A stretch of 64,000 nucleotides of DNA, from positions 43,648,001-43,712,000 of the forward strand of contig NC_043004.1 in assembly GCF_006345805.1 (NCBI RefSeq). Reading direction: 5' to 3'. The position numbers and the translations under genes are program-made. The number at the start of each line of letters is the position of its first letter. The stretch's first letter is position 1. The DNA is from Octopus sinensis. Its lineage: Eukaryota. A model generated the notes under the pieces. It worked only from the letters and a program-made list of their open reading frames with translations, ran no database searches and was not told the DNA's origin. Shown here piece by piece: positions 25,581 to 39,428 of this stretch.

Positions 25581-27689
25581 ATACATGTATATATAGATAT
25601 ATATAATTACACTTGAGTGTAATTTTGAGCTCCGTATATTTTTCCGATAGGATGGATCAATAAAGTGATTGATGCATCACCATTATATATGCGATTTCTG
25701 AGAGTGATTGCATTTAAGAACACCCAATGGATAAGTGAAATTAAACTGAACATAAAAAGAACGAGAAGGCATGGCTTGTTTTCAATTCCATTTATACATT
25801 TCAGCTGCGATACTGATTAAGGTGCGTGCATCTCACACTTCACTGATTTAAGATATCTACGACAATACCAAATAAGATACTTTCCATTGAACTCGCTGAC
25901 CTTTATTCTTATACACCATGTCAAGTTTTCTACGTATTTTTTCTGATTTTTATTGATTTTATATGTTGATCTTTTTCTATATTTTGTCCTCTAAAACGTT
26001 GCAGCATATCACTCGGTTTTAACACCGACTGGTTTTCCATTTCATTTATCACTCTAGAATGTTGTAAATCTCATTTCATATTTTGCATCTATACCATCTG
26101 TGATACTGATTTCGCCTTCAGAATATTTCTTTAGACGTTTAATTGAAAACTATATGCAGATGGATGCGATGTAAAGAAACTTTTTTTTTTATTATAGAAC
26201 TTCAGTACAGAGTGATTGAAGTATAAAGTTTTATCACTTTCCAATCTATTGTATTGTTTTTTTTTTTACTACTAACATAATAACAGCTAAGTTGCACCAG
26301 TTTCATGGGTGCATTTAGAAATGAATAATACAAATATTGTAGAAATGTTCAGCATCAGGCTGAGAACATTTTAACTTAAAGTAAAAGATCTTCAGCGATG
26401 TAACGTAGAGTATATAGCGAAAACCATGGAGAAAGGAAATAAGCAAGTTAACTTGAAAGTACGCATTAAGTGTTTTATATTTCGTATCTCATCACTAGTA
26501 AGTTCCTTTTCTCAAGCAGAACTAGGTGTATTGAAATATGTGAAATTCTGTAGAAAAATAAATACTCTATTTTTATAATCGGATATTTTATAAGAAAAAA
26601 ACATTCGACTTCCAGAATATTTTTCAGCACAAAATGTAAAGAAACAGAAAATATGCTATTTGTAACCATTCTCTTATAGAGCAATTGCTATACCAAGCCA
26701 CGTCTTTCAGCTTCAACCAGAATATGTCATTTGTTAAGCCCCTGCAGTGATTAGAAAGAAATTATTAGTAAGTTGTTTTCAATTTTTCGAAACATGTTAC
26801 AGTCACTTCTACCAAAAGTACCTAATAACATGCAGTTCTTATGGAAATAAAGGCATTTCGCTGTTTGCTTACATTATTTACAGTTGATAAATTCTATTAA
26901 ACACTAAATATATGACAACGAACGATATTCTATATATTGTTTCAACATTAATAATTCAGTTACGACATATCTGCGTTGATTATTATTTCCAAATTTTATT
27001 CCGAAATTTTAGTTTATTAATATATTTGTTTATAAAGTTATCCGTTTAAGATAGCAACTAGTTACTGTATTTCTTGTTCGTTGGCATAATTGCATTTTAA
27101 ATCTTTTCTCCACACATATGTAAAGTTCTTTATAAGTCACGTACACCTACTTATCAATTACATTTTGCAGCTTACACCGTTATGCTGCTAGTCTCGTATT
27201 TTAAAATACTTAAGATGTTAGCAAGTAACATTAACGATTCGCAAATTGCAAATATCATCCTGCCAAATATGCTGCAATAGTCATGGAATATATAATTTAC
27301 ATAAAATTCAATTAGCTAATCCATAAAACGCACGATTAATTCGGTAAAAGCTGTATACAACTTGTATAGTAATACATATATTTATTGATATTTATAGTCA
27401 AATGTATTGGCGCATATATCTAGAGGTTACAGGTCACAACAAACTATTTTACTCATAAAATTTGGAGTGACGTATACAGTAAACCAGCTTATATTTCATT
27501 CTTTACACTAAAGCATTCGCATACATATCCCCTGAAACTCTCCTATTATAGGCACGTCATGGAAACATCTGAACACTGTGGAACACTATAATGTATTTTC
27601 CCAACTGCAACGCGAATTAAAAGTTTCTTGATGTTATGACAAATAGCAAAAAGTAAGTATATATATATATATATATATATACACTTACT

Positions 27690-27875
27690 TTCTGATATTT
27701 GTCTGGTCGGATAACCGAAGAAATGGTGGTGTGGATTTCCACCTCGGCATCCGAAACTCAGGGTTTTCTCTTGGCTACCGAATAATTGCCACATATTACA
27801 TTTACAGATAAATTCCTCTATTTACATAATATTGAGGTCTCTTCCTTTCTTTTGTTACCTTCCGTTTTTACCAAT
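27690..27875. repeat. Interspersed fragment embedded in (AT)n, probably a PLE pseudo-LTR remnant with a degenerate hammerhead-like core
   Basis: ccgaaga...ggtgg/ccacc hairpin...tccgaaac, flanked by (AT)n on both sides; the core is not intact. Confidence 0.35.
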
Positions 27876-30800
27876 ATATATATGTATATATATCAGCAAC
27901 AGTTCAGTGAAGGTTAACGTATAGAAGAGAGATCATATGTTAGCAAATTTTCAGATCACATTGCCATTGTACTCATTTAGTACTGTGCTCCACGTCCTTT
28001 AGTTTGCAATAACGAAGCACACTAAAACCGTATTTTTCTCTAAGCATATAACAGCTACGATAGGATGCTAAAATATATGTAAGCGTTTATATGCAGCATA
28101 TATGCAAGTGGACGTGGCCTTGTTTTTTCTCGTGATAATAGGGACACCGATTCCTTCTCCGTAAATGTCTTCCAAACGTGAGATGAATCTTACATAGGAT
28201 AAAAGTTTTCGCATGGTTCCAAAACTTACACATGTGACCAACTGCATTTTAAAAGTTAAAAACCGACACTACTTACAACAGAACATTTAACCGGCATAGT
28301 GGGATCCCAATATAGCTTATTTTGCCCAGAGATCATATCACTTCTTTAGTAACATTGTGATAAATGCTTAGCTATTTGATAATTGTTTTGGCGTTTGGAT
28401 TTAAAGTCAGTGGATTTTATTTTTCTTCAAAAATGAGTTATCCAAAGTATATAATTATTTGCTGAATTAATTAGAAATTTCCTATCAACACTTCAATTTG
28501 GCATTGCTCACTTGATATGATTGAGTATTTTGTATTTTTGAAATTTGTTCTTCAAAATGTTTGTCGGCTGTATTGAATTTCTATTCGTTGGTGTTCTATT
28601 TACTCGTGATACACAATCATGAATGTGATTTTCGTTTGCAATATAGATATCAATTTGCATTGTATGACTGGAATGATTATTTACCGTTGGGTAAATAATC
28701 ATTCTCAATGAACGTAGTGACCAAACTTTAAAACAAAAAAAATCCCATTTATTCATTATTGCAGTATATATAATACCAACAAAATCTAATAAAAACAATT
28801 TGAATATTCTCTAAACATTTACTGCATGTATTTTATTCCATTATATTACTTATTAAAACTAAATAAAGTGCATAGTACAAGCTCAAATATGCAAACTAAT
28901 TTAATCAACTATTGAAAGTAATAAACGAGATATTTTACTAATTTGTATATTTAATTTTTCTTGTATGAACAGTGTCATTATTTTCTAACTGAATTTTAAA
29001 CAGTTAGATGAAAGAGTATTCAACGAATTAATTTACTCTTTTAAGAAGATCAACCTATTGAAGTTAGTTGAAAAATCAAATTATGCTTAGCTGCTTACAC
29101 AATCTTTTAACTGAGGTACGGTAGCGTATATTTATTTTATACATTATCTTACGTAATCTCCAGTCTGTGATCATTTATTAATTTTTCAGCCAACTCGATT
29201 TTTATGTCTTGTTTACTTTTTTCTCTTAAATACAATTTTTCGTTAAATAAAATGTTATATTTTGTATAGTGACATACTGCAATTCAATAAAATATCAATT
29301 TGTTTTAACTATAGCAGCGTAACTTATTTGTTTTACTTTGCATTTGAATTAAAACATGTTATAAAAGTAAATCTAGTAAAACAACAATTTGAGATTTTAC
29401 ATGTATGACATACCTAATAAGATTTTTGTATATAGCATATATGATAAAACTATAAAAGTCGCATTAACTCAATTACTAAAATAATAAAATGTTAAAAATA
29501 AAAAGAAAATATAGCATATAGATCGTAATTGCAAAATTCAAAGCTTAAAGAATTCATTAGCAGATATATTTAATTTTGATTCAGTAGAAACATCAATTCG
29601 AAATATTAAAGTCTTTTGGAAGTGATTTTTTTCCTGCGTAAAAATCAATATCCCACTTTGAAAAAGAAACGGTTTTAAACGATTATGATGATACATAAAA
29701 AGCATAAAATTTTACTTGACGAACAGAAACCGTAAGACATTTCAATATTTATGCAAGATTTAAATAGGAAAAGCAATTATTAATGTCCACGATGCATTTA
29801 CAAACGAAAAATAAAAAAAAAAATATACATATGCAAATAATCACTGTACTAGCAAAGGAGGAGCGAAAATGATGAAGGGAAAATATTTAGTGGTAAATGT
29901 TCTAACATGAATAAAACAAATCAAAGGGAATATCTAAATATTTTATGTTCCACTTGACTTCAATGAGAAATCAGATGAAACCAGTGAAATAGATAAGAAG
30001 GCAATATTCTTTACTCCAAAGCCTTATTTAATGAAGCATAATTTTCATGTCTCCTCCTTATACTTACACACAGATACACACACACATATATATATGCACA
30101 CGCATACACACACACATACACACACATATATATATATATATACACCGACACACATAAACATGCATATATCGGTGTGTATGCTTCTGTGTGTATGTGTGTG
30201 TAAGTGTGGATGTGTATCTGTGTGTGTGTAAGTTTGAGGAAATCTAAATTATTTACGAAAGTCTATCGTTTCATCTACGAATCGTTGAAATGAAACGAAT
30301 ATATTCTGACGATTCGTAAAATGGTACGTTACATCGTTCGTAAATAATTTAGCGATCAGTGAATATAAAACGAAATAATATTTTTATACTCAATCTCGTT
30401 GTAAGTTGCAATTGATTTCATTTTCATGTGTTTGGTTATGCTTTTAAGAAGGACATGCACACACTCACACACACACACGCATACAAACACATACACGCAC
30501 GTACACACGTATGTATGAACTTTATGAGTACCCAGTACGTATCCAAATATATAAATAGCTTATGTTTATGTGTACGTATTTCTACTCCCGTATGCTTGTG
30601 TAAGTGCACCTATGACATGACAGAAATTTCCGTCAACAAAGAAAAGTGATGAATGGCAAAATGTTTCAAGCAGAGTTTTATTATACTTTAAAAAACATGT
30701 TATTATATGTACGAAATTTTATCCAGTATATTCCATTCGAACTGCAAGGAACGCAAAATTCATACAAAAATTTACGAAGTTTGCTGGTACTACTGCATGC

Positions 30801-31399
30801 GTATGTGTGTGCTTGTGTGTATGCGTGTATGTGCTTGTGTGCTTGTGTGTATGCGTGTATGTGTTTGTGTGCGTGTGTGTGTACAAATATTTTTTACTAA
30901 CTTTTTTTCCATTGGCATAATGCTACAAGATACAGCATAGTGAACGAGAGAAGATTCCTTTAACCAGTTTCTCAGTGTTCGGATGTAAATAATTCTTCAT
31001 GTGTATTTTTTCTGAACAGAATTATAAAAATCTTATGAACACTAAAGTGTCCTCTAAGCCGTTTGAAATGAGTATTCTATATTGAAACGAGCGCAGAATT
31101 TGGGTGGAACTTTACACCTTAGGAATGTAATCTATTCAGTACACAATTTAAACTTCTATGACAGCAATTAGTATCCACTCATTATTGCCTGAATAACAAT
31201 AATTTGTAATAGTTTCACGATTTCCATTTTTATCTTCCGAAATAAAATAATGCATTATATATCTACGAATAACTCTAGAATGATTTACACCTTCCACTAT
31301 TCGTACAACGAAGAAGTTAAACTCGTCCGGAAATTTTTATTGAGATTCTCTAACTATATATATATAATCAAAACTAAGTAAGAAGAATAACTTCGGTAA

Positions 31400-31488
31400 T
31401 TTGGTACGATCGTTTCACGCTACATCATTTTATTGAATAGTGTAAGTATTACAACAGTTTTAAAATTTTGAGCAATCATCAGCCATTA
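31400..31488 (-). ncRNA. Hammerhead ribozyme motif, homologue of 10172-10260
   Basis: Minus strand: tgg CTGATGA ttgct...agcgt GAAAC GATC GTA cca; palindromic stem III ACGATCGT; the surrounding 90 bp aligns with the 10.2-kb copy. Confidence 0.7.
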
Positions 31489-33884
31489 ATAGAGGTTTCC
31501 CATTAATACATAATGTTCATATCAATTGATAACGTTATAGAGAAAGTAGATATATAGACAAAGATGTCGATTTAAATTTTAAGAACATTCAGGTAGTAGA
31601 GTTTAGCAACTGACAGAAGAATATTCAGAATATTCAGTTATTTTGAACTGCTATATATATATATATATGCACACGTGTGTTTGTGTGCTTATGCATAAGT
31701 AGGTGAATTAATTCAAATTTATTGGTATTCATTTATACATTCAGCATGACAAAACTGTTACAGGCTTTGGATTATATAGGCAATATAAGATATTAAAAAC
31801 AAAACACTCGCATAACCAATGGTCATATGCTTGCTGCACTAATGAATATTTTTTTCCACTTATGTTACTGAAACAGATGTAACCAAATGATAAACCTGAT
31901 GACCGTACCGCACTTATTTTGCATGTTCTATAATTCGTGATTTACGCATATCCATTTCTGGGAAATACATGCTACAGTAGAAGCACTGTTTCGTTCTACA
32001 CACTCTCTTCGCAGGGGTGGTGATTTTAGGAGCTGCGTTGTTTGTCTCATCGAAATTCATTTAATATACACACAGTCTCACTCATGCACGCGCACGCACA
32101 CACAAGCGCTAACACACTATCATATATACATATGTATTATGCGTGAATTGTTATTCATTTACTCAATTACTTAGGGAAAATATTTGATAAAAATACGGTG
32201 GTATAAATTTTGAACGGCATCTCGTGGATCGCATGAGTGAATTGTGGTTTAGTGTATATAATGATGCTATTATTTTCATTCGACACATTAGTTTCGCAAT
32301 CAAATAATTATACGCATAGACATGTCCACCGGCATACATTTATATACAACTGTGCATTGAATTAAGGAAGACAAAGCTCACATTCTCGACGCATGTTAAA
32401 TAAATCCTCGATAGTTGTGACGAATCAGCCTTCGGTTTTCATATATAATTCACTTTAGAATTAGCAAGCTCCAAGTAAATGCAATTCTGCTGTAATTGAG
32501 TGGTTGCATAAAATCATAAACGATCCAGTTGGTACATAATTTCGGTCAAAAATAATATATATTTCATATATTAATTCATTCTCAGGAAAAAACAAAGAAT
32601 TCTGACACGTGAGAGAAAATATGATGGCACTTTGATGGGCCTCACCAGCGTATAATTCGATGTAGGTTGATCTATAAAAGTGACATTCTGTGATACCTGA
32701 AAATTTAATGTGGTTTCCTTCTGGAGCTACAACGAAGTTACTATGCTTCCTCAAGATGCATACGAATACACAACACAACCAATTGAGTGCTAATTTCAAA
32801 CATATGTATTTGTGCTGAAAATCGTAGAAAAATCTAACAGACTTTTGGGCGTCAAAGTTTTATACAAAAGTAGGGAAATCGCTTTGCATTTCAAACAAGT
32901 AACAAAACGAAGCGCATGAATTACGAAATGGTTGCTTACACGAATCACTGGTAAATTCTAAGGAAAATAGGATGGGGAAATTAGTTTAGGAAGAGAATGT
33001 TATCCAACTTACGGCTAACACGTCTCGCAAAAGCTTCAGTTTAGAAGATAAGGATCAAATCATCCATAAAATATAGAACAGCGTGTTTCCATACGCATCA
33101 GTGAGTATTCCATTATTCTCCTTAATACAGTTTATAATATACAATAATAGTCATAACAGTAAAACCGAAATAGGAAATCGTTCATAACAAAAATGGACAT
33201 GCATAGGAGAAACACAAAACTTTGCGAAAACATCGTAATAAAATATGGCATAAAATGCAAAGAATTGCATGGCATGCTATCATGATATCTCTCTCCATAT
33301 AATACAGGAGAATGAAATCACCAGCGGTACCTTACGCACGTCAGGTAGACAGTATCATCAGTAATCAAATGTAGCCAATGATAAACTAAGCCAAAGAAAT
33401 TCACCACTTCTTTGGGAGTCGAAGAAAGAGGGCGGCTAGAAACTCCCTATGTTGCAAGATGCTCTGGTTGAAATGACCTACAGCTAATAATAAATTAATG
33501 GTTAATTTTTTTAGTGTCATTTTATAAGAGTCAACATTTCTTGCCCGGTAATTTCTTCTACTTGCAAACGGTTGTTCTGCTTGCAAATATTTGGATTTAG
33601 CGAGATTTCGTCTCTTGTTTAGGCTTTATATTAAATATAATGGGGGAAAATGACAACGTTTATGGGAAAAGTAAGATATTTAATTTTACCCTTAATACCC
33701 CCATAACATGACATTCCCATCCGTGTAGTTCTTACTGATATGTATATAATACATGAACATCAAATTGGCACAAAGAACCTCCCACACGATGGTATAAGAC
33801 TGTTTACTTTAAACATTTCTGTAAACATATAGAAAACATGATTTAACGTTTCATCTAACCAACAATAATGCAGATTGAAATATT

Positions 33885-33897
33885 ATTATTATCGTTA

Positions 33898-33962
<65 letters not shown>
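33885..33962. repeat. (ATT)n microsatellite
   Basis: Nearly pure att repeats. Confidence 0.97.
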
Positions 33963-34287
33963 TGACTTTTGCTTTTGTATTTGTACAAGTTGGCTCCAAG
34001 CTTCACGCTGAGACCTCAAGAGATTACAAGTTAGAATGTCATATTGGTGTTGTGCCTAGGGTGTCATATATTTGGTTTTGCACGTAGAATTCCTCTAGAA
34101 AATGTTTAAGGTTACGTAAGAAAAATAATGAGTATTTCAAATTTGAGATTAGACAGACAGTACTTTACGTAAGATATGGGTAGTTCCCATGAACACTATA
34201 TTTTGAATTTCTGCCATTCGGGGTATCTGAGCTGGGTAACAATCATCCTCTTTTGCTAGCATTCCTAGGGCACCCATGAACACAGGT

Positions 34288-34303
34288 TATTATTATTATT
34301 ATG

Positions 34304-34376
<73 letters not shown>

Positions 34377-34534
34377 CATTATTATTATTATTATCATTAC
34401 TATTATTATTGTTATTGTTGTTGTTGTTGTTGTTGCTGCTGCTGCTGTTGTTGTTTTTGTTGTTGTTGCTGTTGTTATTGTTGTTGTTGTTGTTATTATT
34501 GTTATTATTATTTTTATTATTATTATTATTATTA

Positions 34535-34568
<34 letters not shown>
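34288..34568. repeat. Compound trinucleotide array (ATT/GTT/GCT)
   Basis: Directly visible; abuts the 3' end of the R4/Dong remnant. Confidence 0.97.
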
Positions 34569-34569
<1 letters not shown>

Positions 34570-35495
34570 CTGAAAGACATGCCGATAGTTCTTATTTGCC
34601 GATTATTCTTTACTTGAAAGCTGGCAACAACATATTACCAAAGGTTTCAATAGTGCCTTCTGCTGTGACTCAAACAGACAATACTCTCATTAGAATGCGA
34701 GCTGTACCCAACAACGCTGTCTCCTGAATCACTTCGAGCCTGAAAGCAGTTCCAGTATTTTTAGTATGTTTTTCAAAGCACTCGGAAATTGCTCCTAATG
34801 TTCCAATTACCATCGGTATCCTCATTAATTTCTTCATGCCCCATAACTTTCTTATCTCATCCCGCAGTGAATGGTATTTCTCACACTTTTCTCTTTCCTT
34901 ACATTTCACCCTCGATTCGCCTGGATGAGCACACTATCTGACCCTCTCGCATCTATGACTTTGTCGCCCTGCATGTTAAAATCCCATAGTATTTTGTGGT
35001 GTTAGTTTACTATTACTCGTTCTGGCTTGTGTTCATACTAATGTTCGGCTCTCTCTAGATTTGCTTTACCGCACAACAGCCAGTAGATATATCTGGCCAC
35101 GATGTCGTGTCGCCTTTTCTATTCGCGTTGTACGATCTTACAGCATGCAGTAACAGTATGACTTATATTTTCTCTCTTCTCAGAGCAGCCCAACACTGGC
35201 AAATCAGTGGTTTTATCAATGTGATATTTGGAGTAGTTTGTTCCGAGAGCTCGTTCTTGTACGCTGCACATTGACGCCTCCGTGGCCCCTTTTAAGTTTC
35301 CTTTCCGCAGACATTGCCAGGTTCTGTTCCAATCAATCTCATCGTTATTCTTCAAGAACTGACTATACATTTTCTTGTCGTGCCAAATTTTCTCTATCTG
35401 CTCTCTCTCATCTTTCTTAAATTGTATTGGATATACGGCTTCGTTTACTCCCCTTGACATACCAAGTCAGCCCATTCGCCTCTTATTATTCTCCA
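34570..35495 (-). pseudogene. R4/Dong-clade LINE 3' remnant (zinc knuckle plus restriction-like endonuclease region)
   Basis: W..KKMYSQF...W..LRKG.LK..TEA.....QERALGTNY.KYHIDKT and KEREK.EKY..L..EIRKLW.MK....IP.VIGTLG....TALLGTARIL; flanked on both sides by (ATT)n, the known target of Dong-type elements. Confidence 0.88.
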
Positions 35496-35496
<1 letters not shown>

Positions 35497-35566
<70 letters not shown>

Positions 35567-35667
35567 CATTATTATTATTAGTGTTGTTTCTGTTGTTGTT
35601 GTTGTTGTTGTTACTACAACAACTATTACTACTGTTGCAGCTGCTGTAAATGCTACTACTACAGTTG

Positions 35668-35753
<86 letters not shown>

Positions 35754-35775
35754 TCTGCTACTACTACTACTACTA
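35497..35775. repeat. Compound trinucleotide array (ATT/GTT/ACT/GCT)
   Basis: Directly visible. Confidence 0.97.
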
Positions 35776-38700
35776 GAAGTAGTAAATCGTTCACACCCCA
35801 TTTTGCAACGAAGTTTTCACGATAATTCTGTTTCTTATATTGCATATTTGTTTTTACCTTTTTCACTTTTCCATCCTCAAAAGTATGCTAATTCCATCCA
35901 TTTTCTAATATTCCGTCTTCAAACGGAATGTAATCTTGAATCGACAGGCACGCATCTTCTCGCATGAATGATTTTATTTGACTTCATGCAAAGTTTATTT
36001 AATCTTTAATACAGTAACATTTTACACAGCAGATGTTGAGTGTAACATGATTTAAATCAACATCAATTTCAAGCATTCCCATACGCATTACACTAATTCG
36101 CACATTCAAACAATAAATAAAGGAACGAAAATAAAACGTTGGAAATAATATAGGTCATGGAGAAATATTAAATAAATTGAGAATGGTAAACATTTATCCA
36201 TATATGATTCAAGAACCAGGCAAAATCATTTTAGAGAACACAAATTGAATTTAAGCTGATGAAGTGCAATACAACGCGTTAATACAAGCACATACACGCA
36301 CATACATGCGTGCATACACATGCGTATGGATACAAGAAGGAAAATAAAAAAAAGTTATGTTGAATAAAGCTGAAATGAAACGCTTTATCCAAAATAAATT
36401 GAGCCGATTAGCGACGGGCAAACATTAGCATTCAGTGCATATGTTTATATTTCGAATAATGTGACGGCAATGATTTTATGTGATTGCAATTTTATAAATA
36501 GAATTCTAAGTGAAAATCCTCAACATTGATGAAGACGAAGATGGGAAAAAAATATTCTAAATATTTCAGTTTCAACAATATTTGGCCACAACTTGAAAAT
36601 ATACTGTGAATTGTAAAAATTTTAACAGATTAAATGTAGTTGCTTTATGTGTATATACTTTTATTTGTATTTTTACTCATTTGTTATTTATTTATTCATT
36701 TATTTATGTATTTATGCATATTCTAATTAGTATGGATATATGTATACAAGTATGCGTGCCAGTCTCTATTCAGAGACACATGCAAAATACTAAGTGACTT
36801 ATTTAACCTTGCTTTGAATATAATTGAATTGAACTGGAGTAGAAAACTGAAAGTAACGTTCTAGTTTAGCTGCATCAATTATCGGTATCTCGGTACATGC
36901 TATAGAGGGCTATGAATTATGAATTGAAAAAACACGCTATCTTGTAAATGACCAAGTAGGAGAATAATTGAATAGAAATTTGAAAATAAATAAAAACTGT
37001 AATATTCCTTAAATGGATGAAACATATATATCGAGATATTATAAATATAAATAAATCACATGCTAAAATATGAGTGCAGCATGATAAAAACAACTTTTGA
37101 GTATAAATTTTTTTACCAATTTAAGCAAAACCGAAATACATTTACGACCTGATATTAACTTAGTGCATTGCATCGATTCTTCTATAAAGTGGGAACTCTG
37201 TTTATTAATTATACTGCAATTATGTCCTTTTGAAATTCATATACTATGATCTTCATCTGTCTAACATTCAACACAACCTTACTGCTATTTTATACTGAAT
37301 ATTTCCCCAAAATATAAGTATACAATTGCAAGTACAGTTTTACATATACATGCTTACATAAACATTCAAACATACAAATAAAAAGGTTGCACTTGATATT
37401 GTATTTACAAATATAGGAAATGATAAAATAGTAGAAATTTTGTTCACATGTATGCTGCATGAGATCTGAATTGGGGATCATCAAACGAACATTTAACATA
37501 CAAATTGCAAAGTAGGACTCTTTGTAGTTGCCATCTTGATACCTTAATTTTCATCTGAATACCTAAAAGAATTTCGCATCTTCAGTCACCGTCGACATTT
37601 CAGCACTCCACAGGGGAATTTCACCCACGTACGTAGGTTCTTTCAACTTGGTCCCTTTCCCTCACCTCCACTCCGATATTCCCCTATCAAATATGTGGAA
37701 CTGGATTGAGAGCTATAATCGTTATATCTCCACACAGTTATTTAGTTTTTATATTATATAAGCATTTCGTATTTGATTTTACGGCAGTTAATTCGTTAAT
37801 AGTTTCTTCAAAGTATGTTGCCTTTATAAATATAAATGCTCTCATATTACGATCTAGATTTATCAGGTGAATCCTTGTTTGAAATTTAGGATAGCACATA
37901 ACATAAAATATGTTTAATTCTCTTTCAAAATACTTCAAAGTATCTTCAAGTCACTTGAATTACGGTTTCATTATGTTCATTGATGCTTACATTTTGAATT
38001 TTATACATATTATTTGCATTAATTAAAATCACCCCACATACACTATAATATTCTATCTAATTTGATTTCTACGATGCAGCATAGCTAAATGATGCCTTAC
38101 TTTCATTTTAGCCATTCTTACTGTTTTCCTCTCTCATGTAAACATTACTTGTACTATCTTGTTAATGATATATTTTAAGATTATATCTCGCAATGCATTC
38201 TATCATGCTTATCGCAATCTATTTATCTTTCTAAATTGCTGTTCTTCATCATTTTCATCCATACTCATTAACCCGCCTACTATTTTAAGTATATTTTCCT
38301 CTTACTGAGTTCTTATTGAAAAGCTGTAATCAATTTTCAAATACTCACACAAGAAGAATCACAGTTTCGAAATTTCAAAGACAAGTACTCTAAGATTTGC
38401 ATCGTCTTTCAATCCCGAAAATTAAAAACATTTGGTAGCAATGTCCTTAGAAGATATTCTTCCGAGACGCTTACCTTGTCTTTGTATAGTTTTAGTGGAA
38501 ATATGTCTCCTCCAAGGTACGCGACTGAGTAGAATATTTCATATTACAAATTAGTGCTTTCAACTAAACAAATATAGTTCTCTAACCATATCTACTTGAT
38601 GGTACACATAGAAACATGTTCGGAAAAATGAAATCAGCATGTAGATGTAGCAAATGTTAACATTTTGATTGGCGACTTGCTGGTTTCCGGTAACAGATTT

Positions 38701-39104
38701 TTCTTAAAAAAATAGCAATATCACCCTTTCTTTCAAACACTTACTTATCGAGTTAAACAGCAAAAAGAAAAAAAAAACTGGCATTCTATCGGTTTCGACG
38801 ACGAGTCGAAATTGATACGAAATTAACGTGCAAGGACGTGAACACATTACAGACGCGCGTAACCCTCACATATTTATAATGGAGATTTAGCATGACGCAG
38901 AATATGACACAGCTGACCCTTTAAAATACAAGTACTTTAGACAACACATTTCTGTCAGCTGAATTAACTGGAAGAATATGACCTAAAGCGTCCTACTGGA
39001 GATACAATCCACCGGCATTGACAGAAATCCTTCGTACTCGCCATTTTATTAAGTCTTTTCTACTAGTGTGCTTGCTACATAACACGTATTTCTACTTCTG
39101 TGAA

Positions 39105-39428
39105 GGTGCGTGGCTTAGTGTTTAGGGTATTCAGCTCACGATCCAAGGTCGTGAGCTGAATTGACGATGACGCGTTCTGACCTTGAGCAAAACACTTTAT
39201 TTTTCATTCGTCCACTCCACTCCACTCAGCTAGCAAAAATGTGTAGTACCTGCATTTGAAAGGGCCAGCCTTGTCACACACCGTGTCACGTTAGATTTCC
39301 CTGAGATCTACTTTAAGAGAACACGTGTCTGTGGAGTGCTCAGCCATGTGCATATCAATTTCACTTGTAGCCTGTTCCGTTGATCAGTTAAACTGGAACC
39401 CTCGACATCATAATCGACGAAGTGCCAG
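39105..39428 (+). mobile_element. tRNA-derived SINE, family B-like head, decayed
   Basis: ggtgcgtggcttagtgtttagggtattcagctcacgat..., ccttgagcaaaacacttta central block. Confidence 0.8.

Noticed and set aside
33409-33481. Minus-strand exon-like segment reading HFNQSILQHREFLAALFLRLPKK
   Set aside because: Its end phase is incompatible with the next candidate exon and there is no independent support.
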